Assembly (NCBI GenBank): GCA_965248695.1
Contig: CBDFKD010000002.1
Coordinates: 896,001-960,000 of the forward strand
Direction of reading: 5' to 3'
DNA length: 64,000 nt
From: Acidobacteriota bacterium
GTDB lineage: Bacteria; Acidobacteriota; UBA890; WLXD01
Position 1 is the stretch's first letter; every line of letters starts with the position of its first letter. A program made the translations under genes and the position numbers. Below are positions 9,311 through 21,813 of the stretch, in pieces. The notes under the pieces were generated by a model. It was not told the DNA's origin, did not search any database, and was given only the letters and a program-made list of their open reading frames with translations.

Positions 9311-9867
9311 ACCGGGTTCAGCAGGCGCTCCACACGCGCACGACGGTGCACAAGTACACCCCGGGTACGATTCCCGAGGGGTGCCTCGAGCGGGCGCTCG
9401 AAACGGCGCTCGCCGCTCCCAACCACCGCATGACAGAGCCCTGGCGGTTCGTCAGCGTCGGGCCGCAGACCCGGGAGCAACTGAGCCATATCGCCGTGCA
9501 GCTCAAGGCCGCCAAGCTGGGCGACAGCGCCGAGCTCCGCCAGGTGATCCGCGCCAAGTTCCTCCACCCCACACACCTGCTGGTGGTGTGTCAGGAGATC
9601 GAACAGGACGCCGCCATCGCGCGGGAGGACTACGCCGCCATCGCCTGCGCGATCCAGAACTTCATGCTGTCGCTGCACTCCGAAGGCGTCGGCTCGAAAT
9701 GGAGCACCAGCAAGGTGATCCAGCAGCCCGAGACCTACCGGATCCTGGAGATCGATCCCCAGGTGGCCGAGATCGTGGCGTTCGTCTGGGTCGGGCTGCC
9801 AGCGGAGGAGCCGACCAAGCGGGCTCGAAGCCGCGACCTAGACGGCATATGGCGACGGTTACCCTGA
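9307..9867 (+). CDS. Nitroreductase family protein (YdjA-like)
   Basis: RTTVHKY, APNHRMTEPWRF and ACAIQNFMLSLHSEGVGSKWST. Confidence 0.88.
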   Translation: MNRVQQALHTRTTVHKYTPGTIPEGCLERALETALAAPNHRMTEPWRFVSVGPQTREQLSHIAVQLKAAKLGDSAELRQVIRAKFLHPTHLLVVCQEIEQDAAIAREDYAAIACAIQNFMLSLHSEGVGSKWSTSKVIQQPETYRILEIDPQVAEIVAFVWVGLPAEEPTKRARSRDLDGIWRRLP

Positions 9868-9926
9868 ACTTCCGCTCCGCTGAACAACCGCCGCACCCAG
9901 CCGCACCACGCCTTCGCCGCGGCCGG

Positions 9927-10298
9927 CTAGAAGAACTGGTCGATGAGCACCGCGTTGCCGTCCGGATCCAGAAAGCTGATGTGCCCAGGCCCCTCGGTGT
10001 CGGCGTCGACCTCGTGCTCCAGCGCCACGCCCTGCTCCTTGAGACTCGCCTGGATCTGGCGCACGTCGGTGAAATCCTCGACCCGATCGGTGTTGTTGTC
10101 GAGGCCCGGATTGAACGTCAGGATGTTGTTCTCGATGATGCCCTGGAACAGCCCGATGATGGTGATGCCGTTCTTGAGGATCAGCCAGTTCTCCGACTCG
10201 TTGCCGCCGGTGACTTCGAAGCCGAGCTTCCCGTAGAATTCGTGCGACGCTTGCAAGTCCTTCACCGCCAGGCTGACGGAGAATGCTCCCAATTCCAT
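9927..10298 (-). CDS. VOC/glyoxalase family protein
   Basis: [28 protein letters not shown] and [11 protein letters not shown]. Confidence 0.88.
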   Translation of the reverse strand: MELGAFSVSLAVKDLQASHEFYGKLGFEVTGGNESENWLILKNGITIIGLFQGIIENNILTFNPGLDNNTDRVEDFTDVRQIQASLKEQGVALEHEVDADTEGPGHISFLDPDGNAVLIDQFF

Positions 10299-10374
10299 CG
10301 TCGATCGTCCTTTCTGTCCGTGTGAAGTATGCGTCTGTCCCTGGGATGTGTGCGGCGATCGTAGCAGGCGCAGA

Positions 10375-11580
10375 ATGATCCGAAACCCTCAACGCCGCCG
10401 ACCGCCGGTCCGGTCCGACGAGCTGCCGTCAGCGTGGACGACCCGCGCGGCCGTGTGCGCGGTGGTGCTTGCCACGGCGACGCTATCGGCGGCGGCGAAC
10501 CAGCAACCCGACGTCGTTGCCATCGCAGAGCAAATCCTGGCGCGCACCGACCTGCAGGAGGGCGAGCGCGTGCTGCTGGTGGCCCGGCCCGGCCGTTTCG
10601 ACGGGCTGGCTGCGGCGCTACGTCGCGGCGTGCGTGCCGCCGGCGCCACCGATCTCGGCGCCGTCCTGGCCTCCGGAACCGCGACGGTGGGAGAGCCCGC
10701 CGAGTTCGCCGAGAGCCTGGTGCGGCTGCCGCGAGCGCAGCTGGTGGCGAGGCTCGCCGATGTCGATCTGGCGGTGATGCTGCCAGACGCAACCCCCGCC
10801 GACCTGGTGTACGCCGCCATGCAGGACGTCCTGTGGCAGGGGCGCGGGCGCACCATCCACTTCCACTGGTCCGGAGCTTATGAGCTTTCGGGCAACTTGC
10901 GTCCGGTCGATGCCGAAGTGAACGTGCTGTACGCCCGAGTCCTGCGCGACACCGACTACGAGGCGCTTGCCGCCATCCAGCAACGCTTCGAGGCCGCCAT
11001 GCGGAACGCCGAGGTACGCGTCACCACGCCAGCGGGCACAGATCTGCGCTTCCGCATCGGCGATCGACCGGTGACGCGCCAGGACGGCAACGCCTCCGCT
11101 GCCCGCGCCGCCAACGCCCTCAACCTCATCGACCGCGAGATGGAGCTGCCAGCCGGAGCGATTCGAGTCGCACCGATCGAGGAGACCGTACAGGGGACGA
11201 TCGCCTTCCCGCCGTCACTGTGGAACAGCACGATGGCCGAGGGCCTGGTGCTGACATTCCATGACGGCGTCGTAGTGGCGGCAACAGCGGATGTCGGGCT
11301 CGATGCCGCAGAGGCCGTGTTGCGACGCGGCGGCATCTCGGCGCGCTCGTTCCGCGAGTTCGCGCTCGGCTTCAACCCCCTGCTGGCCATCCCGGAGACT
11401 GACCCGTGGATTCCGGATTACGGCTACGGCGCCGGCGTGGTGCGACTGTCGTTGGGTGACAACTCGGAGCTCGGAGGCAACGTCGGCGGCGGCTTCGTGC
11501 GCTGGAACTTCTTCGTCGACGCCACGGTCAGCGTCGATGGCGACGTCTGGGTGCAGGACGGCACGCTTCTGCCCCTCTAG
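10375..11580 (+). CDS. Exported M29 aminopeptidase-fold protein with divergent active site
   Basis: Signal peptide, [27 protein letters not shown] and [11 protein letters not shown]. Confidence 0.65.
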   Translation: MIRNPQRRRPPVRSDELPSAWTTRAAVCAVVLATATLSAAANQQPDVVAIAEQILARTDLQEGERVLLVARPGRFDGLAAALRRGVRAAGATDLGAVLASGTATVGEPAEFAESLVRLPRAQLVARLADVDLAVMLPDATPADLVYAAMQDVLWQGRGRTIHFHWSGAYELSGNLRPVDAEVNVLYARVLRDTDYEALAAIQQRFEAAMRNAEVRVTTPAGTDLRFRIGDRPVTRQDGNASAARAANALNLIDREMELPAGAIRVAPIEETVQGTIAFPPSLWNSTMAEGLVLTFHDGVVVAATADVGLDAAEAVLRRGGISARSFREFALGFNPLLAIPETDPWIPDYGYGAGVVRLSLGDNSELGGNVGGGFVRWNFFVDATVSVDGDVWVQDGTLLPL

Positions 11581-11642
11581 CCGTCACAGCTGCTCGATCT
11601 CGCGCCCTGAGGTCATCGGGTCGTCGAGGGGCACATCGGCGG

Positions 11643-13995
11643 TCAGCGGGCCGAGGTCCACTCCAGGCCGACCCGGAACGATCTGGGCGCACCGGGCCCG
11701 AGGAATCTCGGATCGTCGAACCTGCCCTCGAAGACCTCCCCCGGCTCGCCCAGCACACACGAACGTAGCGTATTCGGCGGCGAACAGATTACGGACGGCG
11801 GCATAGAGCGTCACATTCCCGCGCAGCGCATATGACCCCATCGCGTTGACCACGGTGAAGCCAGGCAGGGGCGCCAGCAGGTTCGCCTCATCGCCGCGTA
11901 GGTAGCGCTCTGAGCTGGCCGCCATGTCGAACGCCAAGTCCAGCGCCTCGCCAACCCCGACGCTCAACCCGACCTTGAGATTGTTCCGAGGAACGCCCGG
12001 AATGACATCACCAGGCTCAATACGAATCTCGCCGCCGACCGCCAGCGGGTGATCGGGGCTGATGACCGTTAGCGCAGTGCCGAACGTCGGCCGTAGCGCC
12101 ATGTACTCGAAGAACCAGCGCAGCCGGCCGGCAAGCTGACCCGAAGCGCCGAGCTCGAACCCCCGGCGTCGCGTTTTCCCGACGTTGTCGAAAAACCCCT
12201 GGCCGCGCAACGGGCCGCTGCTGATGAACAGGATGTCGTCGCGGTTGACGCTCCCGAACACGACAGCGCGGAGCTGTATTCTCGGCCACCGCACCCTCAG
12301 TCCCCCCTCCCAGGTTCGGGTCACCACCTGCTCCAGTGGCGGGTCGGCGAGGAAGGCGTTGGGCAGTCGACACGGGGCCGCGGGATCGGCGCAGGTGAGC
12401 TCGACCGGCGTAGGGGCCCGGGAAGACTCCGAGTAGCCAGCAAACGCCGAGAGCCGGGTGGAGAGCTGGGCGGTCAATCCCCCCGAGAGGTTGAGTCGAC
12501 GGAAGGAGTGGTCGCCGTTCAAGTCGTCGCCGAGAGCATCGACGAGCTTGATCCGAGTGTCGTTGTAACGACCCGATACGGTCACCGAGACGCGCGGCGC
12601 CACGGTCAGCGTATCGGTGGCGAACAGGCCCAGATTGCGGCTCGACGAAGTTACACCGACGAGCGAGTCGAGCCAGACGACTCCGAGACCACGGGCGCTG
12701 CGGTCCGGCGCCAGCGTCGCAAGCTCCGATCTGGAAGCGAAGCGCGACGTGCCGCCGTCGTAGCCGATGCCGAGGATCATCTGGTTGTCACGGCCCAGCA
12801 GATGCCGTTGCACCGTCGCCTGCAGAGCGCCGCCGTAGCCTCGCTGGCCCGTCTCGCTGGTGTTGTTGATCGCATCGAGGCCTTCGACGCTCACCCGCGC
12901 CGGGTTGCCGCTGGTGTCAAGAACCACCTGTTGGCCGTTGTCGTCGAAGCAAACCAACCCTGTCGCGCTCGCGGCCGTACAGGCTTCGAAGTCGGCCGTG
13001 TCGGCGTTGAGGGTCTCGATGTCATTGCGCCGGAAATAGCCACGCGCATCGAGCGCCGTTCCTTCGGCGAGCTCGTGGCGCGCCCCGATGTTGATCAGAA
13101 TCAACGCGTTGTCGGTGACGTCCGGATGCGTGAAGACGGCCGTTCGATCCTCCTGCAACAGCTCGACGGGTGCGGCGCCGTTGCCCTGAAGCTTGTTGTC
13201 AGCGCCGGTAAGGCTGGCGTCGAACGCCGTTGACCGTCCCTGCCAGCTCAACTTGCCGAACAGTCGGCGCACTCGCGACGGCGAGAAGTCGCGCCAACCG
13301 TCCTCGGACATCAGGCTGCCGGTACCGTAGTAGCCGAGCCGACCACTGCGTCCACCGCTCTCCAACGACACGCCGCGTTGCCCGAATGAGCCGGCGTCGG
13401 CCTCCAGCCCGTGGCTGCGGTGGGTCAGCCCCGACTTCGTTCGGATGGAGATCGTGCCGCCCAGAGTATTGAGCCCGTACAGAGGATTGGAGCCCGAAAC
13501 CAGCTGGATGGAGGAGACCGCGGACTGCGGCACGAGGTCCCAGTGCACGGTGTCGCCGAAAAGCTCGTTGAGCCGCACCCCGTCCTGGTAGACGGACAGC
13601 CCCTGCGGAGATCCCAGCAGCGGCGAGGCGGAGTAGCCGCGGAAGTGAATGTCGGGCTGGAACGGGTTGTTCTGCGCCTCGACCACGTGCACGCCGCCGA
13701 ATCCGCGCTGCAACAGATCGCCGAGGTCGCGGGCGCGAAACCGGCCGATCTCCGCTGCCCGCAGGATCTGCACGCTGCCCGGGAACCTGTCGACGTCGAC
13801 ACCGGCACTGTCGATCGGGGTCACGCCGATGACGGTAATCTCCTCGACGACCGTGGGTGGCTTGGGTTTCTCCTGTTCGTCCTGACTCTCCTGCGCCCGG
13901 GCGACAAACGGGACGCCTAGTGCCGAAATCACGCACAGCGCTACCACCGCGACAGGCAGTCGCACAGGCGTGCTCTTCAGGGTCACCGGAGTCAT
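11643..13995 (-). CDS. TonB-dependent receptor (apparent 1-nt frameshift near 11755 in the last ~40 codons)
   Basis: TonB-box-like EEITVIG and plug GSNPLYGLNTLGGTISI. The expected C-terminus GVLGEP...PGAPRSFRVGLEWTSAR* is in an adjacent frame ending at 11643. Confidence 0.88.
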
Positions 13996-14156
13996 CAGAT
14001 TCGCCGGAGCGATCGGACGTTCATCGAACAACTTCCCCCTCGTCGCGCAGAGCATACCGGCTGCGGCTGACGCTCCCGCTGCCCGGGCGCGCTAGCACCC
14101 GCCTGGCTGCAGCGGCAAGATAACGCTGCTCGATTCCTCGCCGACCGGAGGCCTCC

Positions 14157-15215
14157 TTGGCACAAGCGCACCGTATCGCCGTCATCTCGGGAGACGGAGT
14201 AGGCCCGGAGGTAGTGCGCCAAGGACTTCGTGTGCTGCGCGCCGCCGCCGAGCGCTTCGGGTTCGGCATCGACGCCACCGAGTACCCGTTCGGCACCGAG
14301 CACTGGCTGCGCACCGAGGAGATCTTCCCCGAGAGCGCCACCGCCGAAGTCCTCGAGCACGACGCGGTGCTGCTGGGTGCCATCGGCGACCCACGTGCCC
14401 CGGTGGGCCTCATCGAGCGCGGCATCATCGGCCACCTGCGTTGGGACCTCGATCTGTACGTCAACCTGCGACCGATCAAGCTGCTGCACGAGCGCTTCTG
14501 TCCGCTCAAGGGCAAGGGCCCGGCCGACATCGACATGCTAATCGTGCGCGAGAACACCGAGGACGCCTACGTGCAGCAGCCGGTGTTCGAGAACCAGGGA
14601 GCAGCCGATGAGGTCGCCTCGCAGTCGATGCGCTACACGCGCGCCGGCACCGAACGCATCATCCGCTACGCGTTTGAGCTGGCGATGACCCGGCCGCGCA
14701 AGCAGCTGCTGCTGATCGACAAGGCCAACGCCGTGCGCGCCCAGGACATCTACACTCGTGTCTTCGCCGAGGTCGCCGCAGACTACTCGGAGATCACGAC
14801 CGACCACGCCTACATCGACGCCGCCTGCATGTGGATGATCAAGAATCCCGAGTGGTTCGACGTTGCGGTGACCACCAACCTGTTCGGCGACATCATCACC
14901 GACGTCGGCGCGATGATTCAAGGCGGCATGGGCGTCGCCGCCTCGGCCAACCTGCACCCCGGCAAGCTGGGGTTGTTCGAGCCGATCCACGGCTCGTTTC
15001 CGAAGGCCGCTGGCCAGAACACGGCCAATCCCCTGGCCACGATCAGCGCGGTGGCCTTGATGCTCGACTACCTCGGAGAATCGGAGGCAGCCCGGGCAAG
15101 CGAGGCGGCGATCGCGGAGCTGGTGAACGCTGAACGCATCACCTCGCTCAGCGCCGGCGCCACGCCGACCGACGAGCTCGGCAGCATGGTCGTCGAGCAA
15201 CTGCGCGACGGCTGA
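14157..15215 (+). CDS. leuB: 3-isopropylmalate dehydrogenase-like beta-decarboxylating dehydrogenase
   Basis: [32 protein letters not shown] and FEPIHGS. No other leu genes are adjacent, so the substrate is not certain. Confidence 0.75.
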   Translation: MAQAHRIAVISGDGVGPEVVRQGLRVLRAAAERFGFGIDATEYPFGTEHWLRTEEIFPESATAEVLEHDAVLLGAIGDPRAPVGLIERGIIGHLRWDLDLYVNLRPIKLLHERFCPLKGKGPADIDMLIVRENTEDAYVQQPVFENQGAADEVASQSMRYTRAGTERIIRYAFELAMTRPRKQLLLIDKANAVRAQDIYTRVFAEVAADYSEITTDHAYIDAACMWMIKNPEWFDVAVTTNLFGDIITDVGAMIQGGMGVAASANLHPGKLGLFEPIHGSFPKAAGQNTANPLATISAVALMLDYLGESEAARASEAAIAELVNAERITSLSAGATPTDELGSMVVEQLRDG

Positions 15216-15294
15216 TGGCTATTCCTCGGACGGCATTCGTCGACCAGGCGCCTTCGCTGGTCGCTGCAGGCCAGCTCGGCGAGGAATAGGCACA

Positions 15295-15993
15295 GTGCGC
15301 GTGCTGCTGCTGCAAAACTGCGAGCTGGAGACCTTCGGTCGCTACGCGGAGTACCTCTCCACCAACGGCGTCGAGAACAGACTGGTGCCCGCGTATTCCG
15401 GCGTCGAGATACCCGCCGACGAGACCTGGGACGCCATCCTCGTGGGCGGCACGCCGATCAGCGCCTACGACGCCGACGACCACGAGTTCCTGCGCCACGA
15501 GCTCAGCTTCCTCCGCGAGGCTATCCACCAGGACATCGCCTGCCTCGGTGTCTGCTGCGGTGGCCAGATACTCGCCAGCCTGCTTGGAGGCACCGCCCGT
15601 CCGCAGGGGTACCGCGAGCTCGGCGTCTACGAGGTGGAGATCGACGAGAACGCCACGGTCGACCCGCTGTTTCGCGGTTTCCCGTCGAGCTTTCCGGTGT
15701 TCCACTGGCACGGCGACACCTTCGATCCCCCACCCGACGCTCAGGTGCTCGTACACGGCCTCGATGGCGGCCAGCAGGCGTTCCGCCGCGGTCGTCAGGC
15801 CGGCGTGCAGTTTCATCTGGAAACCTCGGCCACCGAGGCCGCGAAGTGGGCCGAGGCGTACGACGACGAGCTACAGGACTTCGGTGGCAGCGCGGTTGCG
15901 ATCCTGCGACGATGCGCCCGAACGGAGGCTGCTCGTTTCCAACTTGCCGATCAACTGATGGAAAACTTCCTGCGCATTGCAGCCGGCGCCTGA
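15295..15993 (+). CDS. Type 1 glutamine amidotransferase
   Basis: Catalytic Cys in LGVCCGGQ, plus HWHGDTF and QFHLE. Confidence 0.88.
   Translation: MRVLLLQNCELETFGRYAEYLSTNGVENRLVPAYSGVEIPADETWDAILVGGTPISAYDADDHEFLRHELSFLREAIHQDIACLGVCCGGQILASLLGGTARPQGYRELGVYEVEIDENATVDPLFRGFPSSFPVFHWHGDTFDPPPDAQVLVHGLDGGQQAFRRGRQAGVQFHLETSATEAAKWAEAYDDELQDFGGSAVAILRRCARTEAARFQLADQLMENFLRIAAGA
15937..15990 (+). repeat. ~54-bp imperfect direct repeat, copy A (3' end of the GATase gene)
   Basis: ttccaacttgccgatcaactgatggaaaacttcctgcgcattgcagccggcgcc matches 16668-16721. Confidence 0.85.
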
Positions 15994-15994
15994 C

Positions 15995-16363
15995 TCACGC
16001 GGAGCCTCCCAAACCGATCAGCGCCGCCAGCTTGCCGCGCACCTCGGCGAGAATCGCCGGCGGCACGGATCCCCCTGCGTAGCCAATCGGGCGAGCCTGC
16101 GTATCAATACTGCGCACGTGGCTCGTCAGCACCTCCCCGGCGACAGGCAGTCCGTCTGGCAGCACCACGCTGGTGGCAAAAGGTCGGACGTGGGCTGTGA
16201 TCGGGCACACGATCGCGAAGCGGCTGGCGCGATAGAACGCTACCGGCGACAGGACCAGCGCCGGCCGTCGGCCGCCCTGCTCACGGCCGACGCGCGGGTC
16301 GAAGTCCGTCCACACCAGATCGCCGCTGTGGGCCTCGTAGCCGTGCGCCTCAGAGGCGCTCAA
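15995..16363 (-). CDS. mazF: PemK/MazF family toxin endoribonuclease
   Basis: GDLVWTDFDPRVGREQGGRRPALVLS, VCPIT and RSIDTQAR. Confidence 0.92.
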   Translation of the reverse strand: MSASEAHGYEAHSGDLVWTDFDPRVGREQGGRRPALVLSPVAFYRASRFAIVCPITAHVRPFATSVVLPDGLPVAGEVLTSHVRSIDTQARPIGYAGGSVPPAILAEVRGKLAALIGLGGSA

Positions 16364-16602
16364 TCGACAACCTCGCCACCGACATCCGGGCCCCAGTCAA
16401 AGGCCTCATGCATGGTCTCCGGCGTCACCCCGTCGAGCAGATCCTCGAGCCTGTACACCGGTCGCTCCACCGCGATGATGACCCTGTTGTCTTCAGCCGT
16501 GATCTCCACACGCGCACCGGCGCGAAGGCCCACACGCGCCGCAATGTCCTTCGGCACGCGAACGCCAAGGCTGTTACCCCATTTGGCAACGCTCACCTGC
16601 AT
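16360..16602 (-). CDS. mazE: AbrB/MazE family antitoxin
   Basis: VAKWGNSLGVRVPK and YRLEDLL...DWGPDVGGE; 4-nt overlap with the toxin. Confidence 0.92.
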   Translation of the reverse strand: MQVSVAKWGNSLGVRVPKDIAARVGLRAGARVEITAEDNRVIIAVERPVYRLEDLLDGVTPETMHEAFDWGPDVGGEVVD

Positions 16603-16625
16603 GGTCAGACCTCGGGTCGAGTGAT

Positions 16626-16648
16626 TGGGATATTCTTAGGATATCCTA
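16626..16648. promoter_or_regulatory. Putative mazEF autoregulatory operator
   Basis: Perfect palindrome TAGGATATCCTA (16637-16648) plus the degenerate adjacent copy TGGGATATTCTT, just upstream of mazE. Confidence 0.6.
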
Positions 16649-16667
16649 CGAATTCCAGCCAAGTAGC

Positions 16668-16721
16668 TTCCACGTTGCAGATCAACTGATGGCAAACTTC
16701 CTGCGCATCGTCGCCGGCACC
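16668..16721 (+). repeat. ~54-bp imperfect direct repeat, copy B (orphan GATase C-terminus)
   Basis: Encodes FHVADQLMANFLRIVAGT(GKPRQNDSRD*) versus FQLADQLMENFLRIAAGA* in copy A. Confidence 0.85.
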
Positions 16722-16795
16722 GGAAAGCCGCGGCAGAACGACTCACGCGACTGACCCCTCATAGAGACCGGCAGCTGTCCACGCTTGGAGGAACC

Positions 16796-17122
16796 ATGAA
16801 GCCGCGGTCGAACGTGGCATCGGCAGCGCTGCTGGGCCTCATCGCCGGCTGGGTGCTGCAATCCACAGGCGTGGCGCAGGGATCCTTCGTGGTCTATGCG
16901 CTGGCGCTCGCCACGACCGGTCTCGTTGGCGCTGCCCTTTCCGGGAATATCTTTGCGGCGCCCGTCGGACTGATAGTCGGGCAGCTGCTCGCAACGCTGC
17001 TGATGTCGCGAATCCCGCTGACGCCCGAGATCGTCGTGGCCGTCCCGTCGGCTGCGATCGCAATACTAGCCGGAATGGCGGGGAGACCGCTGCACCGGCG
17101 GTTTTTCCAGAGCAGACCGTAG
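16796..17122 (+). CDS. Hypothetical membrane protein
   Basis: GGAGG RBS and about four hydrophobic segments. Confidence 0.6.
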   Translation: MKPRSNVASAALLGLIAGWVLQSTGVAQGSFVVYALALATTGLVGAALSGNIFAAPVGLIVGQLLATLLMSRIPLTPEIVVAVPSAAIAILAGMAGRPLHRRFFQSRP

Positions 17123-17945
17123 GCTCAGTCAGCGCAGGACGTGCCAGCAGTCGGAATCACGACAACCGCGGTGCCTTCGGCCAACCCCGTCCGGACTCTA
17201 GTCCCGACGGACCCCAGGCTGATCCCCTAGGATCCGTTCCAGCAGACGATCGAGCTGCTTCTGTAGGGGCCCTGCTTCAGGATGGTCCACGGCATCGTTC
17301 GTGGCGTACACGGCTCCGGCGCCGTAAAGATACACGTCGTAGCCAGCGAATTGGCTCGAAATAGTAGCGACGATCGGCACACCGTAGCTAGCCTCGCCTG
17401 CCGACCAGCGATGTAGCACGACATGCCCCCCCGCCTCGATGTATCGCTGCAGAGTTTGCTGACCGCGTGAGTTGTTGACTCGGCTCACCTGCCCGCCCTT
17501 GTTGCCGTGACTCGCTGACGGGAGGACAACGGCCGCGGTCCCGTCGGGAATCCCGCCGAGCAGGTCATCGGGCGGATGGACGAAGAGATTGATCCCACGT
17601 ACATGGCCTCGGGCGGTCAATGCTTCTTCAACCTCGCGATCATCCCAGGGCTCATAGGCCTTGTATACCCGAACGGTCGGGTGCCAGGGCGGGACCCCTG
17701 CATTGTCATCCACGACTGTACGCTCGACGGACTCTGTAAGGTACGAGGGGCGGCCCCGCACCGTCGTACCGAAGGTCTTCTCCCCGTCTCGGGCGGCGGA
17801 ACTGCCGATGAGAGTAGTGTCAATGTAGGCCTCTGTCGGTTCAGAAACGTCTATATCGCTGAAGGCGTGTAGCGAGTAGCAAACGACTGCGTCGAAGGGC
17901 GCCTTCTTGTCTCGGTAGCCGCGTTTCTTGGGTCCCAGCAACCGC

Positions 17946-19756
<1,811 letters not shown>

Positions 19757-19757
<1 letters not shown>

Positions 19758-20332
19758 CAGGACGCTGTCTGCCGCCGCAGACGGTCGCTCAACGTGCGCT
19801 TAGCAGTGCGCCACTCACGTTCGACGGTCGAGACCGACATCTCCAGCGCTGCCGCGGTTTCCTCGACGGTCATGCCGGCGAAATAACGACACTCCACCAC
19901 CCGCACCGTGCGTGCCGACGTCGCTTCGAGGTCGCCGAGGGCAACATCGACAGCGAGAATCGTGTTCAGGTCGGCCGTCGAGGCGCCATACTGCTCCTGG
20001 AAGTCCGTCTGCACCCGATCGCCGCCGCGCTTGCCGCGCTGATTACGCCGCGCATAGTCGACAGCAATATGCCGCATGACCCGCGCCGCGGCGGCAAAGA
20101 AATGGCCACGATCGCGCCAGTCGCCATGTCCACCCGCCAGCTTGAGGTAGGCCTCGTGCACCATCGCGGTGGTATCGAGCGTTGCGTCGGGACCGGACCG
20201 CCAGCGTCGCGCCAGCCGTCGCAGATCCGGATACAGCACCTCCACTAGCTGGTCGAACGCAGTTTCATCGCCGGCACGGTGGGCATCCAGAAGCGCGGTA
20301 ACATTCTGGCCGCGATTCGGGCTGCGCGTCAT
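19757..20332 (-). CDS. ECF sigma factor, kinase-associated (TIGR02999/ECF43-like)
   Basis: TLDTTAMVHEAYLKL, HFFAAAARVMRHIAVDYAR, KRGG and VVECRYFAG; its stop overlaps the kinase ATG. Confidence 0.9.
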
Positions 20333-20511
20333 TGCTACCTCGAGCATCGGGGACGTCGGATCGGATCTGCACAAGCCCGGAGCTCAGGGAGTGGCACCCG
20401 ACGCCGACGGTCGCTGGCCCGACTATTACCATGGCCCGTGCAACCTACACCAGGGGCCACAGAGCCTCAGAAAGCGACTGCGGAGCGCTCCCGCCCGGCG
20501 TCGACCGCCGC

Positions 20512-20946
20512 TCAGACGGCGTTCAGCTGCCCAACCTGGTCGGGCTGGCCGAGTGTCGTGAATCCCTCGGCCGAGAAGTCGGCGTCATACGTGAAGACGT
20601 GGCGCAGGCCCAGCTCCTCCATCACGACGAAGCTCGTACAGTCGACCAGGCTGAGGCCACGGTGCCCACGCAGGTCGAATCGTCGGGACGCACGGTCGTG
20701 CAGGGTCTCGTCGATCCACGTAAGTCGCAGCACCGGGCGGAGGTCGTGCTCGACTCGACGGGCCGCGTCGATGCCTACCCTGGCCTGAAGCACGGCTTGC
20801 GTTTCCAATAAGACGTAGTTGCTGCTGTGCAATGCGATGTCGAGGTCTAGCAAACGCTCCAGGGTCGCCGCCGCATCGGCGTGCATCGAATCGTTGCGCA
20901 CCAGAGCCGCGAAGATGGCGGCGCTGTCGACGAAGACCCCGTTCAC
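20512..20946 (-). CDS. vapC: PIN-domain (VapC) toxin
   Basis: VFVDSAA, NYVLLET, LSLVDCTSFVVM and FTYDADF. Confidence 0.88.
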   Translation of the reverse strand: MNGVFVDSAAIFAALVRNDSMHADAAATLERLLDLDIALHSSNYVLLETQAVLQARVGIDAARRVEHDLRPVLRLTWIDETLHDRASRRFDLRGHRGLSLVDCTSFVVMEELGLRHVFTYDADFSAEGFTTLGQPDQVGQLNAV

Positions 20947-20956
20947 TAGAGCACGT

Positions 20957-21190
20957 TCACTCAGACACGCTGTCCGCGAAGTACTCGTCGTGGCGCGCGG
21001 AAAGGTCGGCCACGTCGGCCTCGAAGGCACCCACGAGTTTCCGGGCCCGCTCACGCAGGGGGGCCTCGGATTGTCGCATTTGGTCCACGGCCTGCCGGAT
21101 CAGCGAGGCCAGCGACTCGCCCGTCGTGTGTGAGCGCTCCTTGAGGAACCGGTACTGCGCCTCGTCCAGCTGGATCTGAGTACGGATCAT
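20957..21190 (-). CDS. vapB: Ribbon-helix-helix (CopG-like) VapB antitoxin
   Basis: MIRTQIQLDE...SLASLIRQAVD and DLSARHDEYF; lies upstream of the PIN toxin. Confidence 0.85.
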   Translation of the reverse strand: MIRTQIQLDEAQYRFLKERSHTTGESLASLIRQAVDQMRQSEAPLRERARKLVGAFEADVADLSARHDEYFADSVSE

Positions 21191-21213
21191 GGTCAACGAT
21201 CCCGGATCGGTTA

Positions 21214-21246
21214 ATGTAATGATGTAAGAGATACTAATCATAACAT
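21214..21246. promoter_or_regulatory. AT-rich inverted repeat, putative vapBC operator/promoter
   Basis: ATGTAATGAT-N13-ATCATAACAT (one mismatch) upstream of vapB. Confidence 0.55.
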
Positions 21247-21278
21247 CGCACCAACGATCCTTGACGGAGAACACCCTG

Positions 21279-21728
21279 ATGTCAGGAGACGGTCACGACG
21301 CCGCCGACGCCGCCATCCGCGAGCTAGTGGATCGGGAGACTCGCGCCTGGGATATACAGGACGTCGACCTGCTCATGTCGATCCTGCACCCTGACATGGT
21401 GTGGCCGTGGCCACCGCACGCGCAGGCGCACGATCCGATGGAGTGGGTGCTCGAATGGGGTCGCTACGACGACGGGCGATGGCGGCGCGGCTGGCAGGAG
21501 CTTTTCGACACCCACGAGCTAGTGCACAACCGGCGCGAGACGCTCCGGGTGATGGTCTCACACGAGGCCGACGGCGGCCTGGCGGTGGTCGATGTCGACA
21601 CGCTCTGGCGTGATGCCGACGGCAATGACTTCCGCTGGCTCGGGCGTGCTGGGAAGATCTACACCAAGGTCGGCGATGGCTGGAAGCTGATCGCCCATAC
21701 CGGGCTGCTGGAATACCCGCCGAGCTGA
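21279..21728 (+). CDS. NTF2/SnoaL-like family protein
   Basis: AIRELVDRETRAWD..DVDLLMSILHPD and GWKLIAHTG. Confidence 0.75.
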   Translation: MSGDGHDAADAAIRELVDRETRAWDIQDVDLLMSILHPDMVWPWPPHAQAHDPMEWVLEWGRYDDGRWRRGWQELFDTHELVHNRRETLRVMVSHEADGGLAVVDVDTLWRDADGNDFRWLGRAGKIYTKVGDGWKLIAHTGLLEYPPS

Positions 21729-21813
21729 GCTTTCGAGTCGTGTGACGGCGGCAACGGGCGGCCAAGGATCCCTCGCGCTAGGCACCCTCGACCGCGAGGG
21801 ATATCGTCGGGCC

